This document shows positions 18,788-27,047 of a stretch of DNA of 64,000 nucleotides, piece by piece. The DNA comes from Pirellulales bacterium (GTDB taxonomy: Bacteria > Planctomycetota > Planctomycetia > Pirellulales > PNKZ01): the NCBI GenBank assembly GCA_036272935.1, contig DATAXP010000009.1, positions 6,876 through 70,875 of the forward strand. Reading direction: 5' to 3'. A model generated the notes under the pieces. The model saw only the letters and a list, made by a program, of their open reading frames with translations, was not told the DNA's origin and ran no database searches. Position numbers and translations under genes: made by a program. Every line of letters starts with the position of its first letter. Position 1 is the first letter of the stretch.

Positions 18788-21649
18788 TTACAGCACGTGA
18801 ATCGTCTTGCTGGCCGCGCTCGAGGATACGCCTTTACCGTCAGTTAGTGAGAAACTAACCGTGCGGTCGTACACGCTCATCGACGGATTGGTGTTGTAGT
18901 ACGCCACGTCGTCGACCACCGCTTGCACGGCCGCGGCCGTAGCGGCACTGTTGAACTGCACGACTAAAGGCGACGAGCCGGCGCCGCTTCCGAAGTTGCC
19001 GATCACCGTGCCGTTGTAAAGCACCTGGCTGCCATTGAGCGTGATGCCGCCGCCGGCGACGATCGTGAGCACGTCCGCGCTACCGGCGGAGCCAAGGCCC
19101 ACGGTGAGCTTCGCGGCGGCAAGCCCATTGCTGCCGGCCGTCACTGTGGCGCCACTGGCGACGACCGTGGCGCTACTTCCTGGCGTGTAGTTCACTGTCG
19201 CGCCGAGGTTGCCGATCACCGGCGGCGACGCAACGAAGTGAATCGTTTCGGTCGCCGGCGTCGACGCGGTGCCCTTGCTGTCGGTGAGCGTGAAGCTTGC
19301 CGTGCGATCGTAGATGCTCGGCGTCGAGTTCGTGTTGTAAAACGCCACCTGGTCGACGACCGCCTGCACGGCCGGAGCCGTGGCCGAGGCGAAGAACTGC
19401 ACCAGCAACGGCGACGCACCCGCGCCAGCCGTGAAGTTGGCGACTGCCGTGCCGTTGTAGCTGAGCGTGCTGCCGGAAATCGTGACGCCGCTGCCGGCGA
19501 CGACCGTCACGACGTCGGCGCCGCCGGACGAGCCAACGCTCACCGTCAGCTTTGCGTCGGCCAAGCCGTTGCTACCGGCGGTGACGGTAGCGCCCGAAGC
19601 CAGCAAGGTCGCGCCGCTGCCGGCTGTGTAGGTCACCGTACCGCTGATGTTACCAATCGCCGGCGGCGAGGCGACGAAATGTACCGTCTTGGTTACCGGT
19701 GTCGATGCGACGTTCTTGCTGTCGGTGAGCGTGAAGCCGATCGTGCGATCGTAGACGCTTGCCGAGCCGTTGGTGTTGTAGAACGCCACGTGCTCGATCA
19801 CGGCCTGGACGCTGGTCTGCGTCGCCGCGCCGTTGAATTGGACAAGTAACGGCGACGCGCCGGAGCCCGCCACGAAGTTGCCAATGAGCGTGCCGTTGTA
19901 GAGCACCTGGCTGCCGCTGGTCGTGACACCGCCGCCGGCGGCGATCGTCACCGCATCGGCGCCTCCGGCCGAGCCGACGCTGACCGTGAGCTTTGAGCTG
20001 GCCACGCCGTTGCTGCCGGCCGAGACCGTGGCGCCGCTGGCGACAATCGTCGGCCCGTTGCCGACCGTGTAGGTCACCGTGCCGCCGAAGTTGCCGATCG
20101 CCGGCGGACTGACGGTGTACTCGTAGGCGCCAATGTCGGGAGCACCGACGCGCGCATCGCCGATCTGGTCGAACGGCAGAATCACAGTCGCGCCGGCAGC
20201 GTGCGCCGCCGCGGTGGTGCCGTTGTAGCCGCGCACCACGGTGACGGTGCCGGAGCTGTAGCTCGTGATCTCGATCTCTTCGTTGTCGATCTGAATAACA
20301 TACGTGCCGCTGGTGCTGGCGATCGCGGCGAAGTTCGTGAATGCGCCGCTGGCCAACGAGGTGGCGGTGGCATTGATGCTCGAGGCGAGCGTGGTGATCG
20401 GACCGCCGGCGTTGATCGCGGGGCTGTTGGCCTCGAGGGCCATGGTCTCGGTCGAGCCGCCGTTGTTGGCCAAGGGGCCGAGCAGCGGAATGATCGGGTG
20501 GGCCGAGCTGCCGACCTGATTGCCGGCAACGCCGTTGGCGAGTCCCGATCCCAAGCTGCCCGAGTCGATGCCGATCAGGTTGTTCGTGCTGCCGGCGGCC
20601 AGCGCGGCCCCATAGTAGTCGGAGGCGCTGGGATTGGAATTCACTGGCATGTTGCCCGCGACGATTGTGCTGAGCAACGTGAGCGAGGTTCCGGAGGAAA
20701 AGGCTTCGTCATAGATGCCGTCGCCGTTGTCGAGCGCGGAATTGGCGGCGATCGTCGAGTTGCTGATCACCATGACCCCGCCGTCATTGACCCCGCCGCC
20801 GTTACCGGCCGTGTTTCCGGAAACGGTCGAGTTGCTCAGCGTCATGGTGCCGTGGCTAAAGGCGCTGCCGGAGTTTTCGATTCCGCCGCCGTAGTCGCCG
20901 GTGTTGCTGGTGGAGTTTCCCGAAATGGTGGAATTGACCACCGTCATGGTGGCGCTATTTTCGATTCCCCCGCCATCGTTGCCAGTATTTCCTGAGATCG
21001 TCGAATCACTCACCGTCATCGTGCCCGCGTTGTAAATCCCTCCGCCGGAGTTGGCGGAATAATTTCCGGAGATCGTCGAATTGATGACCGTCATGATGCC
21101 ATAGTTTTCGATGCCGCCACCGTTAACACTTCCGGAGATCGTCGAATTAGTCAGCAATAAGGTGCCGCCATCGCCCGGCTCCTCGTTAAACAGGCCGCCG
21201 CCTTGGCTGGCGTCGATGATCGCGAGGCCGTTGAGGACGGCATTCCCGCCGATCACGCTGAGCACGCCCGTGGTGTTGTTTCCGCTGATCGTGATCTGAT
21301 TGCCGCCGTTGATGGTGACTACACCGACGGACGGGACGACGGTTCCCGCGCCGATTTCGAGTTGACCCTGGCTCAGCGTGATCGTCGAGCCGTTGAGGCT
21401 GGCGTCGAACGTGATCGTGTCGGAGATGGCGTTGGCGGCGTCGGTGTTGGCCGTGATGATCGCATCGCGCAGCGACACGCCGGAGTGCGACGCCGCGTCG
21501 CTGGCGGTCGTCACCACGATTGATGTCAGCAGCCGGCGGCCTTCGAGCGACTCGAATCCCAGGTTGCGGTAATGACGACGAGCCGAGGTGGACACTGCCT
21601 GAAAACGATCACGACGCCGCGAGCCGCGCAGCCAATGGGGCAGTTTCAT
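18788..21649 (-). CDS. Extracellular beta-helix/choice-of-anchor-Q protein with 3 C-terminal repeats (paralog 4)
   Basis: MKLPHWLRG...LGFESLEGRRLL; same architecture. Confidence 0.85.
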   Translation of the reverse strand: MKLPHWLRGSRRRDRFQAVSTSARRHYRNLGFESLEGRRLLTSIVVTTASDAASHSGVSLRDAIITANTDAANAISDTITFDASLNGSTITLSQGQLEIGAGTVVPSVGVVTINGGNQITISGNNTTGVLSVIGGNAVLNGLAIIDASQGGGLFNEEPGDGGTLLLTNSTISGSVNGGGIENYGIMTVINSTISGNYSANSGGGIYNAGTMTVSDSTISGNTGNDGGGIENSATMTVVNSTISGNSTSNTGDYGGGIENSGSAFSHGTMTLSNSTVSGNTAGNGGGVNDGGVMVISNSTIAANSALDNGDGIYDEAFSSGTSLTLLSTIVAGNMPVNSNPSASDYYGAALAAGSTNNLIGIDSGSLGSGLANGVAGNQVGSSAHPIIPLLGPLANNGGSTETMALEANSPAINAGGPITTLASSINATATSLASGAFTNFAAIASTSGTYVIQIDNEEIEITSYSSGTVTVVRGYNGTTAAAHAAGATVILPFDQIGDARVGAPDIGAYEYTVSPPAIGNFGGTVTYTVGNGPTIVASGATVSAGSNGVASSKLTVSVGSAGGADAVTIAAGGGVTTSGSQVLYNGTLIGNFVAGSGASPLLVQFNGAATQTSVQAVIEHVAFYNTNGSASVYDRTIGFTLTDSKNVASTPVTKTVHFVASPPAIGNISGTVTYTAGSGATLLASGATVTAGSNGLADAKLTVSVGSSGGADVVTVVAGSGVTISGSTLSYNGTAVANFTAGAGASPLLVQFFASATAPAVQAVVDQVAFYNTNSTPSIYDRTASFTLTDSKGTASTPATETIHFVASPPVIGNLGATVNYTPGSSATVVASGATVTAGSNGLAAAKLTVGLGSAGSADVLTIVAGGGITLNGSQVLYNGTVIGNFGSGAGSSPLVVQFNSAATAAAVQAVVDDVAYYNTNPSMSVYDRTVSFSLTDGKGVSSSAASKTIHVL

Positions 21650-21697
21650 CGCCTTGGTCCTTCGCGCACGAAAAGCCGGTGGCCCCTACTTTCGCGC

Positions 21698-21726
21698 AGG
21701 CTAGTCGCTGAAATCGCACGATGCAA
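21698..21726 (-). promoter_or_regulatory. Putative sigma70-type promoter of paralog 4
   Basis: TTGCAT-N17-TAGCCT on the minus strand. Confidence 0.5.
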
Positions 21727-21750
21727 GTAAGATTTTGATTGTGCCGCCCC

Positions 21751-22449
21751 TCACTCAGCGATGCCCGTCGCGCGCAGCGCGCGGGCCAGGCGATCGAGTG
21801 TCTTGGCGTGCAGGCGGCTGGCCCAGGCTTTGCCGATGTTCTGTTGTTGGCCGGCGTCGGTGAGTGTGAGGCCTTCGAAGTAGACGGCGCGGATCAAGCT
21901 GCGCGATTCCGCGGGAAGCTGATCGATCAGTTCACGCAGCCGCTGGTGCGATTCGCGCTCGGCGGCGACTTCGGCCGGCGGTGGCTGCGCGTCGTCGGCA
22001 CACTCCCACTCCGATTCTTCATCGCTTCCGGCGCGGCTCGACAGATAGACCACCGACAAGGCGCGGGTCACGTTCTTGAACCAGTTGGCGTCGTCTTCGG
22101 CCGTCGGCGCAGCGGCCTGGGCCGTGTCTTCCTGCGCCAGGCGCAGCACGTCGCCGGCCATTTGTTCGTATTTGATTTTTCGCGCCTGCGAGCGCTTGAG
22201 CCAAGACATCTTCGACAAGCCGTCGTAGATCGCCCCGCGAATGCGATAGAAGGCGAACGTGGTGAACTGCCCGCCGCGATTGGGATCGAAATCGCGTGCC
22301 GCCTCGGCCAGGCCCACCTGGCCGTAGCCGATCAGGTCGTCCAGTTCCACGCTTGCCGGCAGCGTGCGATGGATCTTCAACGCCAGCGACTTCACCAGCC
22401 CCTGGCAATCTTCGATCAGCGATTGCGTGGATTGGTTGACGGCGGTCAT
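21751..22449 (-). CDS. RNA polymerase sigma factor, FliA/WhiG (sigma28) family
   Basis: LVKSLA.KI...LP..VELDDLIGYG.VGL.EAA..FDP.RG..F.TFA..RIRGAI.DGL (region 2) and a region 4 HTH; start MTAVNQ overlaps the upstream stop (ATGA). Confidence 0.9.
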   Translation of the reverse strand: MTAVNQSTQSLIEDCQGLVKSLALKIHRTLPASVELDDLIGYGQVGLAEAARDFDPNRGGQFTTFAFYRIRGAIYDGLSKMSWLKRSQARKIKYEQMAGDVLRLAQEDTAQAAAPTAEDDANWFKNVTRALSVVYLSSRAGSDEESEWECADDAQPPPAEVAAERESHQRLRELIDQLPAESRSLIRAVYFEGLTLTDAGQQQNIGKAWASRLHAKTLDRLARALRATGIAE

Positions 22450-22829
22450 GGTCGCTGCCCGGAGAGACGTGCCCACAAACGCTCGAGACGCTCGCGGGAG
22501 TTGGGATCGTCGCACAAGGTCACGGCAATGCACTGCGAGAGATTGTCGAGCATGGCCGGCGTGAGCCGGCTGCCGACTTGCGATTCGAGCACCGCGCGCA
22601 CCAGCTCGACGACCACCGGGTCGACCTTGAACGCCTTGCCGCGATGAGTGCGGGCGACCTCGGCAAAGTCGCTCAGTGCATCGGCAGCTGAGTCGGGGCG
22701 ATTGGCCGCCGCCTTGAGCGTTTGATCGAGGATTTGTTCCAGCGCGCCGAAGGTCAGCTCGTCGTCATCCTTGGTGCGCTCGGGATGGGCATTCGAGCCG
22801 GTGTCGCCGGGTTGGTAGGGACCTGACAT
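22446..22829 (-). CDS. Hypothetical helical protein translationally coupled to the sigma factor
   Basis: MSGPYQ...IAVTLCDDPNSRERLERLWARL; ATGA overlap with the sigma gene. Confidence 0.7.
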   Translation of the reverse strand: MSGPYQPGDTGSNAHPERTKDDDELTFGALEQILDQTLKAAANRPDSAADALSDFAEVARTHRGKAFKVDPVVVELVRAVLESQVGSRLTPAMLDNLSQCIAVTLCDDPNSRERLERLWARLSGQRP

Positions 22830-22851
22830 GGGGCGGTCTCTGTGCTCCTTG

Positions 22852-22979
22852 TTCCCCCTCTCCCTTTGGAAGAGGGTGCCCGTCGCCGCGGCGGACGGGT
22901 GAGGGTGAACCAAGTCTCGCCGCCGATGCCGCTTCGCCCTCATCCGGCCTTCGGCCACCTTCTCCCAGTGGGAGAAGGA
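22852..22979. repeat. REP-like composite repeat (family 1)
   Basis: Homologous to 3653-3778. Confidence 0.75.
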
Positions 22980-22982
22980 CAT

Positions 22983-24593
22983 TTAACTACCATAGAACTT
23001 GTAGAACAACGTTCCGCCCAGCACCAGCAGCATTGCCCCGTCGAATGCCCACAACAGCGTCGCGATGCGGCGCGAGCGCAGTTCTTCAGCAATCGCCGTG
23101 CTGGTCCACTCTAACTCTTCCTGCTGCTCGATGAGCTTGTCGAGCACGCTTTTAACGAACGCCTGCCGATCGTCGCCGTCGCCGACCGCGGCGAAGTAGC
23201 AGCCGCCGAACAGCAGTTCGTCGCCCGGCGCGTCATCCGCGCGGCCATAGCCGCCCGCGAGGATGCTCGTCAGCCGCGATTGCAGATTCCGCCGCACGTT
23301 GCACAGCAGCGCGTACAGCTTGGTGTTGCCTGGCTTGGCCAGCGCGCCGACCTCGCGGAACAAGGCGTAGACAAAATCTTCGAACGCGCCGCAGGCGTGG
23401 GCACACACCGCCTCGACGTTCTGCGCCGTCGGCGTGCCCCATACACCAAAGCCTTTGCCGAAGCGCTGGTTCTTGGCCTTGTCGGCCCCGACGCGCCGCA
23501 CCAGTTCGCGGAACCCCTTGTCGCGATCGAGCCCCACGACCAGGGCCGTCACCGGGCAGCGCAGCTTCAACTCTTGCCGCAGCGTCGCCATGTCGGCCTT
23601 CACCGTGCGCTCCACCTCCATCGCTTCGCGCTGGCCAAGCTGGATCACGCCGTACGGCAGCAGCGTGAGCACACCGTTGATCGGGCACAGCGGTAACCGC
23701 GCGCGGCGCAGCAGTCGGCACACGTATTCCAGCCGGTGTTGCTGCTCGACCGTGTCTTGCGGCTTGAGCGCGACGACGTTCTTCTGCATCTGGGCGACAA
23801 GCTGGCCGACGTTCACATCGTGGCCGACCATCATCGTGCCGCGGATGTCCCCGCCGCCGGAAGCTTCGCCGCGCGGCAGGGCACCGGTAGTGCCGGCCAT
23901 CGGCACCGGCATGAGCATCGATGCGCCGAGCGACGGCGGACCGCCGGGCTCGGCGCCGGCCATGATCGTGCCGCGAATGTCCCCTCCGCCCGCGGGAGCA
24001 CTGGGGGCGGCGACTGCCATCGGTTCCAGGCCGCTTTTCTCGCCGCTGGCGGCGAGCTTGCTCATCTGGCCGATCTCGGTGCAGCAGATATATATTGCCT
24101 CGGGGGTGGCGTACCAGTGCAGCGCCGCCGGGCCCTTGGGAGTTTCGTTCACGCGGAACGTCATTCGGGCGGCATGGAACAGGTTCCGCTCCTGCGCCGG
24201 GCCGGTGGTCCCCAGTACGAGGAAGATCGGAACACTCCCCAGGTCGAGCCCGTTGGCTTGCAATTCGGCCAAGCCCGCCTTCCAGGCGTAGTCGATATCG
24301 GGGAACCGCGACACTTCTCCTTGCAGCCACAGCTTCAACGCCTGGTAGACGACCAGCGGAATGACGACGATCAGCACCGCGATCAGCGTCAGACGACCCG
24401 GCTGCCACCAAACCTCGAGGTTTGGCCGGTTCGCGCTGAAGTAGAACGCCACGTAGACCGTCACCACGCAGCAGATCAGGAACACCGCCACGAGCATCGC
24501 CACGCGCGCCGGCAGCGACAGGCCCAACAGTCGGCGCGGCGCCGAAGTCAGGGCTTGCAGCGGGGCCATCAGATAGCTGAACAAGGTGCCCAT
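22983..24593 (-). CDS. tssM: TssM/IcmF N-terminal-domain protein (short, lacks periplasmic part)
   Basis: Two N-terminal TM segments, PIFLVLG, PLCPINGVLTLLP, L.LRCPV, GFRE, LFGGCYF and one C-terminal TM; follows tssK-tssL. Confidence 0.75.
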   Translation of the reverse strand: MGTLFSYLMAPLQALTSAPRRLLGLSLPARVAMLVAVFLICCVVTVYVAFYFSANRPNLEVWWQPGRLTLIAVLIVVIPLVVYQALKLWLQGEVSRFPDIDYAWKAGLAELQANGLDLGSVPIFLVLGTTGPAQERNLFHAARMTFRVNETPKGPAALHWYATPEAIYICCTEIGQMSKLAASGEKSGLEPMAVAAPSAPAGGGDIRGTIMAGAEPGGPPSLGASMLMPVPMAGTTGALPRGEASGGGDIRGTMMVGHDVNVGQLVAQMQKNVVALKPQDTVEQQHRLEYVCRLLRRARLPLCPINGVLTLLPYGVIQLGQREAMEVERTVKADMATLRQELKLRCPVTALVVGLDRDKGFRELVRRVGADKAKNQRFGKGFGVWGTPTAQNVEAVCAHACGAFEDFVYALFREVGALAKPGNTKLYALLCNVRRNLQSRLTSILAGGYGRADDAPGDELLFGGCYFAAVGDGDDRQAFVKSVLDKLIEQQEELEWTSTAIAEELRSRRIATLLWAFDGAMLLVLGGTLFYKFYGS

Positions 24594-24626
24594 GAACGGC
24601 GACGACGCCCCAGGGTGACGACGGTT

Positions 24627-25271
24627 TCAGATTCCGAAGAAGACAATCCACACACAGATCAACGTGAACGCCGCGACGACGGCTCCCGACAAACTCGACC
24701 ACACGACGAGCGATTGCCCGATGAGCGGCGGCGCACCGGCCCCCGGCGCACCGACATCGCTGATCGTCGGCCGCCCTTGCCCCAGCCGGATCGCCAGCGA
24801 CGTTTGCTTGGTCCAAGTTTCCAAGTCCGGCGGCAGGCCGCGCGGCTCGGCCAGAGCGGCGGCGACGATCGGATTGCGGTACAGGCCGCGGAAGCCGAGC
24901 ACGACGCAGATGTAGAACACCTCAAGCGCGTCGCGCCGCGCCAACGACGACGCTTCCTTAGCGCGCACGTAGAACTGCTCGTTCGCCAAGCGCGTGTTGA
25001 ACAGATCGACTTCCATCACGTTCTCGTTCCACCAATCACGTCCCTGCCACTGGGCATCGATCAGCACTTCGTCGATCCAAGCCACGAGCGCGTACCTGGC
25101 CAACGCCCAATCCTGCCCTTGACCCAGCCGTCCTTCGGCCTGGTCGATCCAGCCGCGCAAGCGAGTGCGCTCTTCGTGCGGATCGGGATTTTGGCCCGCG
25201 GCAATGCGGTCCAGCAGCTCAAGCACGTGCAGGTACACCGGATCGACGGCTTCGGCGAACTTGGGTGTCAT
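24627..25271 (-). CDS. tssL: T6SS TssL/DotU
   Basis: RYALVAWIDE, W....LF....A.EQF, LEVFYICVVLGFRGLY and a C-terminal TM; no OmpA domain. Confidence 0.92.
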   Translation of the reverse strand: MTPKFAEAVDPVYLHVLELLDRIAAGQNPDPHEERTRLRGWIDQAEGRLGQGQDWALARYALVAWIDEVLIDAQWQGRDWWNENVMEVDLFNTRLANEQFYVRAKEASSLARRDALEVFYICVVLGFRGLYRNPIVAAALAEPRGLPPDLETWTKQTSLAIRLGQGRPTISDVGAPGAGAPPLIGQSLVVWSSLSGAVVAAFTLICVWIVFFGI

Positions 25272-26740
25272 GCGTGTGTGGGGACCGCGAACAACGCGAA
25301 TTGAAGCACCACCTGCCGGCCACGCAGCGAGACGATCAGCTTCCGCTCGCCGGAAAGTTTATCGCGATTGACGATCAAGCTGTCTTTGAGCCGCATCGCC
25401 AGCGTGTGTGTCTCGGCTACGTCTTTCCAGGCGGCGTTCTGCCGGCTCACCTGGTAATACAGCCACTCGCGACTCGCCGGCAGCGCCCGCGGCGGACGTT
25501 CCATCGGCACCAAGGCCACGCCTTCCGCACGGTGGGTGAACAATATTTCCACCTGCCGGCTGCTGCCGAGTTTCAAATCGAGCTGCCCCGGCGAGAGCAT
25601 TTCGCGGCACTCGGCCTCGGTCAGTTCGCCGCGCATCACGCCGACGTACCATTGCCAATCGGAGTTGAACCACTTCATCTCCAGGCTGACCTGCATCCCC
25701 AGCCCAACGCCGACGAACGGGCGCATCTCGTACTCATAATCGCGCACCGAGTTGATCGCCTGCTGGATGCGCTCCTTGATCGCACGGAAGATGCGAGCCA
25801 AGTCGTCGTGATCGTAGCGCGGCAGTTCGGGAGTGCGCCGCTGCCAGTCGACGACGAAGATCGCCAATTGTCCCACGATGCGACACAGCTCGGAATACGC
25901 CACCAGTGGATGGATGCCCGCGGCAAACGCGATCACTTCGAGCGTGGCGCTCGCCTCGTTGAGCCGCGAGAGCATAAACAGCCGGTCGAGGTCGCCCGGC
26001 TCCTGGCTTTCGAAGCCGATGCTGCGATTGACCACCTGCTCGCTGAGCACCTCGATCTTCTTGCCGAGGATGTCGTAGATCGCGCGCACCACACCCAAGG
26101 CCAGCGGAGCCCAGGCGTCGGTCGCCAGCATCGGCGGAAAGTAATTCGGATCGATCCGCGGGGTCGCCTCGCGCTCGCCGGCGCGCTGGATCTGCGCGAT
26201 CGGCAACACCTCGTAGCCCGATAAGTCGTCGGTCGACAGCAGCACGCGCACGTTCAGCCGGCGGAACTCAAGCTCCTGGTCGTTCCCACCGCGGCTCTCG
26301 TCCTGCGTCGATTGCCGTAGCGCGTGGTAACGCGGCTTGCCTTGTTCGTCGGTGCGGGCGACGTTCGTGCTGCCGATCTTCAGCTTCGGCACGCCGAGAA
26401 ACACTTGCACGGTGTCGGTCGAGGCGAAGGCATCCTTGAGGCTTGCCGACGGCCCCTTCGCGGCGTTCATGGCCGGCTTCAGATCGACGCGATCCGGCTC
26501 TTCACCAGGATCGAGCGCGATCAGCGTGCCGTCGCGCATCCGGGCGTGGCAATGGTTCACCTGCACCTGGTAGTTGGCGATCGCCTCTTCGCTTAGCTCG
26601 ATCCGCCGCACGCCGTAGTTGAACTGGTGGTCCCACTGTTCGGACCGCTGGCCGGCTTCCGTCCACGAGCGCTCGGCTGCCTGGAAATGATGGGGCCGGA
26701 GGAACAAGCCTTCGGACCAGTGGATCGGCAGATTGCGCAT
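25268..26740 (-). CDS. tssK: T6SS baseplate subunit TssK
   Basis: IHWSEGLFLRPHHFQ, PRYDHDDL; start at MRNLP; ATGA overlap with tssL. Confidence 0.95.
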   Translation of the reverse strand: MRNLPIHWSEGLFLRPHHFQAAERSWTEAGQRSEQWDHQFNYGVRRIELSEEAIANYQVQVNHCHARMRDGTLIALDPGEEPDRVDLKPAMNAAKGPSASLKDAFASTDTVQVFLGVPKLKIGSTNVARTDEQGKPRYHALRQSTQDESRGGNDQELEFRRLNVRVLLSTDDLSGYEVLPIAQIQRAGEREATPRIDPNYFPPMLATDAWAPLALGVVRAIYDILGKKIEVLSEQVVNRSIGFESQEPGDLDRLFMLSRLNEASATLEVIAFAAGIHPLVAYSELCRIVGQLAIFVVDWQRRTPELPRYDHDDLARIFRAIKERIQQAINSVRDYEYEMRPFVGVGLGMQVSLEMKWFNSDWQWYVGVMRGELTEAECREMLSPGQLDLKLGSSRQVEILFTHRAEGVALVPMERPPRALPASREWLYYQVSRQNAAWKDVAETHTLAMRLKDSLIVNRDKLSGERKLIVSLRGRQVVLQFALFAVPTHA

Positions 26741-26894
26741 CGAGGAGCCCACAAACGAAAACGCATCCCCTCGACGTCCGAGGGGACGGTGCCGGCGAGT
26801 GCATATCAAAGAAAATGCATCTAGGCGTATCACTTTACCATCGGCCGTCTATCGACAGCAAGCGTCGCGGCGTCGCGGCGAAACGAGCGATTCC

Positions 26895-26921
26895 GTGTCG
26901 GAACCCCAACGGAAAACTTGA
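26895..26921 (-). promoter_or_regulatory. Putative sigma28-like promoter of the tssK-L-M-hyp-sigma operon
   Basis: Minus strand TCAAGTTT-N11-TCCGACAC; the -35 matches TAAAGTTT at 7/8. Confidence 0.55.
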
Positions 26922-27047
26922 CTTTTCACGCCACGCGCGGTGTGATGGAGGGGGCTCACCTATCCGCGAATCCAGCACCGTCCTTCCCGCCTTGCGGTGG
27001 CTGTTTTGCAGCGCACACGTCCGGGGTCATCGAGCGAGTTCTCCGTT

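Noticed and set aside
8749-21649. Diversity-generating retroelement acting on the paralogs
   Set aside because: No reverse transcriptase in the window. The near-identical repeats are both coding, and their mismatches are not adenine-specific.
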